From: Octopus sinensis
Lineage: Eukaryota
NCBI RefSeq assembly: GCF_006345805.1
Contig: NC_042999.1
Coordinates: forward strand, 36,022,001 to 36,086,000
Length of the DNA: 64,000 bases
Direction: 5' to 3'
Shown: positions 53,701 to 64,000 of the stretch, piece by piece
How the letters are laid out: every line of letters begins with the position of its first letter
Position numbering within the stretch: the stretch's first letter is position 1
The notes under the pieces: model-generated
What the model saw: the letters and a program-made list of their open reading frames with translations, nothing else
The model's database searches: none
What the model was told of the DNA's origin: nothing
Program-made: the position numbers and the translations under genes

Positions 53701-55744
53701 GTATAATTATATATACACACACGCACATACATACATGGCTTCATGAATTGGACAGATCAGTATAAATGATGAGACAAAGCATTTTGAACAAGATAAGTAT
53801 GTATATATGTATATATATATATAGCCAGTGACATAAGGTGACTTCATAAAAGTGTCACTATAAACAGTAAAATACAATGTATTATATCAACAAATCTTAG
53901 AAAGATCTAGAATGATATGATGTCAACAACAAAATATATCAGATTAAGTTTGATTAAAACTCTCAATCAAATTGAAATACGTCAATTAGATTCTTAATGT
54001 TTCACATGGCATTTTCACAAAAATAGTTTCACATTGTGTAAATGAAAGCTTCATCACATCAAGGATACTGTTTAATTCTGTAGTATTCAATTTATTTTTC
54101 TTCAAATTAAATGGAATTAAACCATCTTTAAACCAACTGACCTCATAAAGAAAGAATTCTTAAAAAAAAAAAAAAAAAAAGAGAAAAGTTTAGTTCCAAC
54201 AATAAAAATGGCTGTTTTTCTTATTTTTATTATTTTTACAAGCAAAGTTTTGCATTTTTATATTCATCTCTTCCAGCGAAGTAGTTCTCATCGCTGTTAG
54301 CACATTGCGTCTCACAGGCTTTGGTAAAATAAAATAAAATAAATTCATAATCTTCCAAAACAAACCATAACCTTTAGAATAATTTGTTTATTAAAAAAAA
54401 ACCCAAAAACTATAACAAAAAAAACACAGAGACTGAAAGGATATTATTTTTTACTGAATCAGCCATGGACTGAAAGACATACATTGGAAAGAAAAAAAAA
54501 GAAGCTGTCATCATTAGAATAGAGTTAATTACATTCCAATATCTGTTGCTTTATGGTTACTTTCTAAGAAACACAAACTGGCTCAACAGACAACCAGACT
54601 TTTTGGCTAAAGAGCAAATTATTTCAAGTTGCTCAACTTTAGAAAATATTTTAAATAACCTGCCAGAAAGTGAACTCACCAACAAAAATCTGTCACTTCC
54701 CACAATGTTTTGCTGTTGTTCTTGTGGCACAATAGCTAGACAACTGTTTATTTTTGCTGTCTTCTTCTTTATCATAAGAAGACAGTTAAATATTAAAGAA
54801 TCTTTTTTTCTTTTTCTTTTTTAAACAAATGTTCATCCATTGTTTCATTATTCATTTTTTTTTGTGTGTGTTTTCTGTGAAATATTTTTGGTTAGATTAT
54901 AAGAAGGTAAAATATAAAACCTGCCATTTACTAAGAAAAAAAAAATCTTACCTCAATAAAGTCATTGGAGACATGTTTTTTTTTAAAAAGTGATCAACTG
55001 TAAGAAGCAAGGGTTTTAGTTCTGTTTTTTTTTCATTTTTTTTAAGAGAGAGAAAAAGAAATTTAATTTCTTTCATAAAATGTTGTTTTGTTTGTTTTTT
55101 TTTTTCTTCCAAGCAGTTTGCATGACATGAATAAGGCTAACGACAACAGCAAGGGTTACAGAATTAAAAGAGATGAACCATTACTATAAACCAATTTGAA
55201 GCATTTTCTCTGCTTTTCAGTTGAGGAATTTATTAGGAAATCCTGAAATGGACAGAACAACACTCAAGAATGGGAGGAATAATTTATCTGGGATCACAAT
55301 CTCTTTAGAGTGGTGTCATCAAACAGACACTAGATAATTGTTTTAGGAAAAAACATAATAATTGGCTTCAGCAATGGCATACCTCTTTATTTCAGTATAT
55401 CTAATTCCATCTAGTTTCATATAAGCATGAAAAATGGACATGGGAAAAAAGATAATGTCGAAAATGCCATTGATGATGATAATAATGATGATGAAAATGA
55501 TGAAATTAAAATTAATAATATGAAGAACATTATTAATAATAATGATAATAATAATAATTATGATGATGATGATGATGATAACAATGATGCAAATGAAAAA
55601 CAACAGGTAATATCAAAATTCAATTTTTGGATACCAAGAAATGATATCACAACTGGCTGGATTATATACCTGGACGTCACAGATACAGATGTCATGCACA
55701 AAGATATTATCATAGACTCTGAATATCATACAATGCACAAATTT

Positions 55745-56105
55745 AATAAATTTTGATATCATACAGTCAGATGTCATACAATTGAGTATCAAACATCATA
55801 GAACACACAGGCATTACAAGCTTTGATATCATACAGTAATATATCACACACAGATATCAAATATAACACTACAGCTTTCACAAACTTTGACACCATACAG
55901 TAAGATATACATTTGGATATCAAATATGATACAACACACAAATTTCACAAACTTTGATATCATACAGTGAGGTGTTGTACATATGGATATCACATATGTA
56001 ACACAGATTTCACAAACTTTGATATCATACACTTAGATATCAAGTATATGTAACACAGATTTCACAAATTCTGATATCATACAATCAGAATGTTATACAC
56101 TTGGA
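55745..56105. repeat. Degenerate minisatellite, ~6 units of 50-70 bp
   Basis: The anchor (CACAAA)CTTTGATATCATACA recurs near 55750, 55822, 55886, 55954, 56018 and 56070. Confidence 0.8.
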
Positions 56106-57859
56106 TATTAATCACGGAGCATAGGACATATGTAATGGAAACAATTCCATATTATGTAGTTTTTATAGATTTTTGCTTTTGTTTTTATTTCTGGCTTTCA
56201 CTTTCGTTTTTCTTAATTATTTGAATTCCACCCCAAAGATTTTTTATCTTGCATCAATATCACATGAAAAAACAAATGTATTAAAAAAAAATTTGGAGAA
56301 ACTGAACCTTAATATTTTAGTAACAATAGCAACAGTTGTTAAAAATTTCTTATTTGTGAAATAATACTATAAAATAACAAATATGTATGTGTAAGTATGT
56401 ATGAGTGTGTGTTGTGTGTGCTTATTTATGTTTGCATATATCTTATATAAAAAATGTATATATAGTTGTAAACATATATATGTGCATGTATATATGCACA
56501 TAATGTATGTATACGTGTGTGTGTGTGTATATATGTATACATATATATATATATACACCCACACACACATCACACTAGAGGAAGAGAGATTAATTTGATA
56601 GCATTACATCTAAGACAAAATAAATATTCACCTCCATCAATAAATATTCCATCTACCAGATATTACAGCCTCTGTGTCCTCTTATAAGTTTCTCAATACA
56701 CAGGCTAAAGGAGTGGACAAAAAGCATCTTTATTTGTGGATGATAAGACAATGTAAAGAGATGAAATCTGAATATGTTTTGACAGAATCATAGAAATATT
56801 TAATTTCAACCCTGCAGTAGTGGATCTATTCAAAGTGGCACTCCAATATTTCAGATACCAGGCAAGAGGACTTTCCAATAAATTGAATGTAGAAAAAAAA
56901 AAGGAAAAAAAAGAAAAAGAAAATGTGCACTTAGAAGATTGATTATTTTCAGTACACATAATCGTCCCTGCCTAACGAAGCAGATCACATATATATTAAA
57001 TATGCCAATATATATATGTGCACTATTTACCATTTAGAAGAGAAAGTTTCCAGTCAGACTGATACAGAAGCCTTAGTATCGTAACTCACAAAATTACATA
57101 AGTAATCTTTCTCTAAATAAAAAAAAATATCTAAATAATGTGTTCAACAACATAACTGGAGAAGACTGAAAATTGAAATTTAAATACTGGTGTAAGAGGA
57201 CAGTACTGCAAGATTCTTGGAAGCACTTTTGGCACATATCCCTATATAAAACAAAAAAATTTCCTCTAGCTATTTTCAATTTTGAAAGACGGGGACTGAA
57301 CAGTACTTAAGCTGATTCTATTTGTTGAGTAGCCTCTTCATTTAGTTTTGCTCAATAGACATCATCACAACATATGTGACAGAAGCAGCCAATCATGTCA
57401 TTGGGAATAATGAACTGGTCCAGTACATATGAATATAGTTTGATATAAAATGATGAAGCATTTAGGTGCAACTGGAGGCTTTAGTATTTCTAAGAAAAAA
57501 AAAATGGGAAAAAAACTTGTTCTGCAACACAAAATTTTAGCCAGCAATCTATTTTTTTTTTTTTTTGTTCTAACCATTTCTTAAGTGTAAATATAATGAA
57601 CAACTTCTGAAAATGAAGATCAATATCTAAGAAGTTCAGGGGACCAGAATTGCTTGAGGGCAAGATGGAAGAGAAAAACATCAAAATAAATACCAGGTTG
57701 TCACCAGAGACGGTCAGACGAAAAGCTACCCATATAAAAGGAAACCATGTCCCACTGGAACCAAACTAGCTAATCTGCTGGAGAACATGAAATTCAACCA
57801 GCTTCATACCTCTTGAACTGTAATACCATATACTCTAATAGAAATGTTGGTATAGTATA

Positions 57860-58020
57860 GTCATCATCATCATTTTACGTCTGCTTTCCATGCTGGCATG
57901 GGTTGGACGGCTCGACAGGATATGATGAGTTGGAAGATTTCATCATGCTCCAATGTCTCAATTTTGGCATGGCTTCTACAGCTGGATGTCCTTCCTAATA
58001 CCAACCCTTTTACAGAGTGT
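57860..58020 (-). mobile_element. Degenerate family C retroposon end
   Basis: CATCATCAT...CCATGCTGGCATGGGTTGGACGG...CTACAGCTGGATG. Confidence 0.75.
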
Positions 58021-59756
58021 ACTATAGTATTAGGACTATATTATTGTAGAGATATCCTCATATTTTATCTCAGAGTATGTTTTCTACTGTAATCTAAACA
58101 GACATGATATTTCATAAATAAGATCATACTAATTAGTTATTCAATTTGTTACTGATAATTTATCTTCAATATGTGAAAGGCCACTACATAAAGAAATTTA
58201 TGAGTGTAACTGCCAGATTTATCGACAAATAGGTCATATATATATAGGTGTCACCTTTCTCTGTAATTCTGCTCAAATATTGTATAGACGTATATTAACT
58301 CCAGATTTGATCAGATTGTAAGTCAGAAAAAACAAAATAATGAAAACAATGGCATTCAAAATGAAAGAAGATTAAACCATTTCATGAATCTGGCAGTGAC
58401 CAGTCACTCTTAATGGCTGTAGATGATGCATATACAAGATTCACTAATTAAAAAAAAAATGACACAAATCAGCAGCATCATAATCATAACTGTTTTAAGC
58501 TTCTTGCTGGTGGATTGGACGGGTGTACAATACATCATCTCTCTCTATATGTCTAGGTTTTGTATTGCCTCATCTATGGGGCCTGAATGTCCTGAGCTAA
58601 CCTAGTTAATAATTACATAATTTCAACTCCTCCTTGGTCTACCTCTAACAATCAACCCATATACAAACAACAGGAAAGTCATACACAAATTATTGCCACA
58701 AGAAAACATGTTTTAAATCAGGCAAACCTACACAAACACTAGGCAGATAGATAACAGCCTGCTACTGTCTTGGAATAATGATCCAAATGATTATTTAAAC
58801 CAGGAATATAACAATGTAAGTGTACAAAATAACAAAAACCTGTTAAAGGTGATAAAATTTAACAATGTTAACACACACAAAAAGATGGGGACAATGTGAA
58901 AGAAATCACCAAAACAAAAATAAAAAAAATTCATTGAAAGTCATTGGATAGTCTCACATACAGAATATCTGTAGAAAAAAATACAAGAAACTTAAAGATA
59001 ATAGGTGAAACAGAACAAGCTTACAACTTCATCTTGATTTCATAGCGAAAGTCAATTCATATGTAATAAACATCATCTGTTAAAACAGTATAGTCAATTT
59101 TTTTAAAGAATGCACTACAGTATGATGGCTTAAAAAGGCTTTGATACTGTTTCTTAAATAATATGACAGACAAACATGTTTTATAGTAAAGATATACGAG
59201 AATAATAGTAGTAGCTATACACACTTATAGACATTTCACATAGATGTAGAGCAACACATTGAAGAATAAATGCTAACATGTTTACAAAAACAGTAGGTTT
59301 TGTGTTTGAATGTTAGAGTTGAAGGTAGATATTATTATTATTATTATTTTTCTTTCATTCTTTCTTTTGAAAAAAAAAAAAGAACAAAATAGGACGTATG
59401 TTTCCATGGACACTTTCTTTCAAGCAAGACTACTCTTTTTAAAGATAATACTTGAAATAATTAACAAATAGTTGATATAGAGAGAAAATATTTAAAAAAA
59501 AAAAATTACCAATTCAGGATTGTTTCTTAATTCTGTAAAAACAAAAATTTAAAAGAGAGAGAGCGAGAATATTTTTCGTTTCAAAATGTTATATGGACGA
59601 AATTACACAAAAAAAGCAAACATTGATTCTGGACTGAATTCTGCTTACCAATAATAGGATGGGAGTGGATCTACAGACTTATTAAATAAAATAATATATC
59701 AACACTTTCCCAATCATTATTGTTCAATTAATTATAAAAGATACCTAAACATATGC

Positions 59757-59772
<16 letters not shown>

Positions 59773-59795
<23 letters not shown>

Positions 59796-59877
59796 GATTT
59801 GTACATATGCATGTGTGTAAGTATGTATATATATGTTCATAAACACATACATATGTAAAAGAAAACATATATACATC

Positions 59878-59910
<33 letters not shown>

Positions 59911-60030
59911 ACACACAGATTTGTACATATGCATGTGTGTAAGTATGTATATATATATGTTCATAAACACATACATATGTAAAAAAAAAAACATATACAC
60001 ATCTATATATATATATATATACACACACAT
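59773..60030. repeat. Tandem duplication, ~122-bp unit, 2 copies
   Basis: CAGATTTGTACATATGCATGTGTGTAAG... starts at 59794 and again at 59916. Confidence 0.9.
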
Positions 60031-60421
60031 ACACAAATATTTATATATATTGTGTATAACATATATATATATGCATATATACACACACATGTGAACATTT
60101 ACATACACATATAGACATACTAAATTGTGTCAATATCTGAAGTTGAGATAACAGCATAAGACACAATAGGAGGCAGCAAAACTGTACTGTGTCTTTACAC
60201 AAATCTATAATTTAGAAAGCTTGCCTCTCACAACCTTCCCAAAATACAATTATTTCATCGCCTTAAATATCAAACTATATATCATATATAGTATGTGCTC
60301 AGTATGATTTGGTTTCTTCAATTATTTACACATCTCCAGAACAATAAAACATTCTCAGATTCAACCTCAGATTTCAGTATATAAAAAGGGAGATTTTGAT
60401 GTGTGTGTGTGTGTGTGTGTA

Positions 60422-60578
60422 TGCAGTTTATTAAGGGTGGTCCAATGGCCTGTTACTCAAGAGTTTCCACAGCACACAGCCAGCTCTTCAGGCAAGTTTT
60501 GGAGTTGTCTGAAGAAGCAGTTACATGCCACAGAAGTTCCTGAGTAACAAACTGAACTAGCTTTAATAAACCACTGCA
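60422..60578 (-). other. Long imperfect RNA hairpin, predicted to fold preferentially on the minus strand
   Basis: The core 60451-60549 forms a 45-position ungapped stem with a 9-nt loop. Hand pairing gives 29 Watson-Crick, 11 G.U and 5 mismatches on the minus strand. Confidence 0.6.
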
Positions 60579-61219
60579 CAGTACATTTGCATTGGGTATG
60601 AGCACTATTTCATACAATTAATTAGTGTGTGTGTGTGTGTGTGTGTTGTTGTTGTTTTCAGTAATGTATGTAAAATAGATGTTAGAAATTCTTTTGGCAA
60701 TAATTATGAAAATAATAAAGACAATGATTTTCTATTTTGTTCTTAATTAAACAAAAAAAAAAAAAAAATTATATGGCTTCATTAACAAGGAATGGGAAGT
60801 TGTGATATTCATGTGTTTCTGAAATGATAATATCATTTACCTAAACAAAGAATTAGACAGTTTTATTGCAGACTCTGACTGCAGAGAATTTATTGCCAAA
60901 AACACACCCACTGCAATAATACTTTTATATATATTTCTATCCTTGGCATAGATTTTTAGGAATAAAATGAAAGAGGATTGGGCAGATATCTATTCAAAAT
61001 CATCTTCAGTGAACTACTGGTACTTGCATAATGTATTTTCATCAAATCCAAAGGTAAAAAATACATAGATAATTTTAGCAGGTGTTGAATAGCAAGAGGG
61101 ATGGAACTAAATACAGTAGATCATTTAGTCTAGTACTCTACACTTTTGGGTATTCCCTTGTCCTTAAATAATAAAAATCCTTTCTACTATAGGCACAAGA
61201 CCTGAAATACGGAGAGAGA

Positions 61220-61390
61220 AGGCTAGTCGATTACACTGACCCCACTGTTCATCTGGTACTTATTTTGTTGACCTCAAAAGGATGAAAGGCAAAGTCAACC
61301 TTGGCAGAATATGAAATCAGAATGTAGAGCCAGAAGAAACGCTGCTAAGCATTTTGTCCAGTATGCTAACAATTCTGCCAGCTCACCATC
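61220..61390 (-). mobile_element. SINE family B, older copy
   Basis: GGTACTTATTTTGTTGACCTCAAAAGGATGAAAGGCAAAGTCAACC...CTGCCAGCTCACC. Confidence 0.75.
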
Positions 61391-62240
61391 TATAGCTGTT
61401 TTAAACAGGTATGAAATATGATAAATATAACACAGACTTTAAATGATAAATTACTAGCATTTCATATCTTGGAGACATTAACAACGACATTGTGATTAAA
61501 CAAGTGATTTTCCAGCCGATAATTGAAAATGGGTACGATACAGGTTTGCCAATGCCAGAAAAATAGTTAATATTTACTTGGCAACATAATGAAAGAATTG
61601 AGGAGGATCTGACTATGACAACTAATTGTTGTAGAGAGGGTGAGAGAGAAGGAGATTTAATGATGTGTGTGTGTGTGTGTGTGATGCCACAGTGGATCTG
61701 GATTAAGTGAAGACATGGTTACAGATGAACAGGAGAGAAAGAGAGAGGAGAAGGGATGGCATGAGATATACACGCAAAAATGTAAAAGAAAAAAATGGGA
61801 GATAATATGCTTTGAATGTCAGGTGCATACAGCAATATATACAGCATTACTAGGTGTTTTGTGACAAAGATTCTTTCAACTTGCATTATTAAGCAAAGAT
61901 AATGCTTGGTCTCAAACACACACATACATGTATACAAACCGGCAAACACACACACCTCCATATCTTTTAAAGTGCAATAAAGTTCCTTTATGAGCCATTG
62001 GTTGTCACTACCAGAACACCTGCCTGGAGAAAAGTGAGAGACACCACTATGGTACCTACTGAAATGTCTTAAAAACATGAGCCAATAAGGGGCCTATATG
62101 TAGTTGCTTACTAGACTTACTAGAAATAGCAGCTGAATCTCTCTCAGAACACAAAGGACAATAAAAGATACAATGGTTACTGCTGGAATGCCCTTGATCC
62201 GAGGCCTGTTTTATCAAGACTGTCCTTAGGACTAAATAAC

Positions 62241-62281
<41 letters not shown>

Positions 62282-62840
62282 ATGACGTGAGAAACAGAGT
62301 GAGGCAGAAGCAGGACGGTATCTGCCAACTAAAAATGAGAAAAATTCAGTTCATCTTGGCCTAAAGGAAAGCCAATATACCCAATGTAACACTTTTATGA
62401 TGGTAAGAAAAAATATGAGAAGTCCATATAAGTGCAACTGTAGGCCCCTTAAGTTGTGGAAAAGAAATAAATTGTTAATTTGTGATCTGAATGAGAAAAT
62501 CTCACTTAATCATCTGAAACTCAGTACCTCCAAGTACTGATGAGGAATATGGAGTAAATCAAGCCATAACAGTGTAATATCACAGCTACATTGGTCTGAA
62601 AAGCTTCAGTACAATATAATTGCTATGCCACACATCAATATACCATGAATACACATGATGTAAGCCCGAATAAATGTAAATATGATCATGTAGATGTTAT
62701 GTATAAGAGAGAAAGACCATGCATATTTTCAACATTTGCAGCACAATGTCACAAAAGTTTGGATAAGAGGAAAAGCATGATCAATTGTTTCTCCAGTACT
62801 TGACTAGTACTTATTTTCTTTGTAATAGTTCCCCAACACA

Positions 62841-62875
<35 letters not shown>

Positions 62876-63234
62876 ATGTTTCTATGCATATGTGTGTGTC
62901 TGTGTGTGTTGATGACATAAACAAAAATTAAAGTAGTCAGTATTAATCAGAATACATAGTGTAAAGAAAAAGACACAATTTAACTAGTCATGGTGTACTG
63001 CCAGTTTCACAGCATCATATAATAGTTGTTTGCCAGCACAGTCAGCTTCTATTTACAACCAAAAACAAGGTTGGTAACTTCAAAGGTTGCACTCAAATTA
63101 AAATTACATCTCCTGAACTTATCAACCTCATTTTTGCTTGTAAATAAAATATAGTAATGCTGACAAACAACTATTATATGATGCTGTGAAACTGGCTGTA
63201 TACCAAAAGTGATTAAATTATATATGTCTTTTCT

Positions 63235-63275
<41 letters not shown>

Positions 63276-64000
63276 AAAATGAACTTTTACTTATATGATA
63301 TTATTTAAAAGAGTTAATAGACAGGACAAACTCCAGCATATGTAAAGCTGATAAACTATTCTAATCAATATAAAATGGTAATAAAAACAAAATATAGTTT
63401 TCTCTTCTTTTTATTAAAAAAATTGAAAATAGTATTAGAAAGAATTAATCACATAAATACTTAGCAAAATGAACCTACATGTTTAGGGGTGGGGACTTTC
63501 TAAGATAATGGAAACATTTATTAACATTTTTAAAAAAAGCATTTAATATTTCAAATTTTTTTTTACTCTTTTGCACTCCAGATAAATTCTCTGAATAATT
63601 TTAATGATTATAAATTTATATATTTTTTTGGTTTTTTTAAACTCTTCTGATATTAACCCATCTGAGACCGCCCCTGGTTTTATGGTACAAACTTCTGGTT
63701 TCAAAATAATCTAAATTAAAACTATCCAGCAAAGTTTCATGTTAACTTATGTATTAAACAGCAGCTTAATGCCAAAGCTATTTTACTAAATTCTTCCTTA
63801 TTTTCAAAATAAATTGAAATATAGGCAGTGTATTTCAACAGATATATGGTAACAAAAGCATTAAATGAAAGTGAAACAAACCCATCCTACACCAAAAAAT
63901 TAATACTTTCAAATTAAATTGACTAATTACCACAAAAGAAAACTGAGAGTGAAGAGAAGACTTTTTTTAAAAACTTTTTTTTCAATTCTTTCTATTAAAT

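Noticed and set aside
55343-55756. Asp/Asn-rich (+) and Ile-rich (-) ORFs
   Set aside because: Driven by (GAT)n/(AAT)n repeats; no splice or domain support.
62056-62328. Apparent minus-strand exon after a (CT)n tract, with a GTAAGT donor
   Set aside because: The sequence is a degenerate copy of the SINE tail related to 10845-11040 and the 95-bp array; no recognisable protein.

Overview
Eukaryotic, AT-rich, repeat-dense genomic DNA. The SINE families, (GAT)n-tailed RTE ends and very long TA/CA microsatellites suggest an octopus or another coleoid cephalopod (inference, not database-checked). Two spliced genes sit head-to-head. (1) A complete 6-exon gankyrin/PSMD10 orthologue on the + strand (15057-27746, 224 aa, all GT-AG junctions in compatible phase). 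(2) The first three coding exons of an HSPBAP1-like JmjC protein on the - strand (11786 down to 446; the rest lies left of the window). Between them are an ETS-type motif and a 5 x 95-bp tandem array. About 0.8 kb past the PSMD10 stop is a GC-rich RTE/BovB-like LINE fragment with ~740 open codons, truncated at both ends. The rest is SINEs, MITEs (piggyBac-, pogo-, hAT- and Helitron-like), old LINE ends and microsatellites; most listed ORFs there are low-complexity artefacts. I found no convincing protein-coding exon from 31 to 64 kb. I do not see a clearly novel multi-gene system. The best leads are RNA-structure features: a strand-asymmetric G.U-rich hairpin at 60.4 kb, inverted repeats bracketing an HSPBAP1 exon, a near-perfect inverted duplication, and two fold-back elements.
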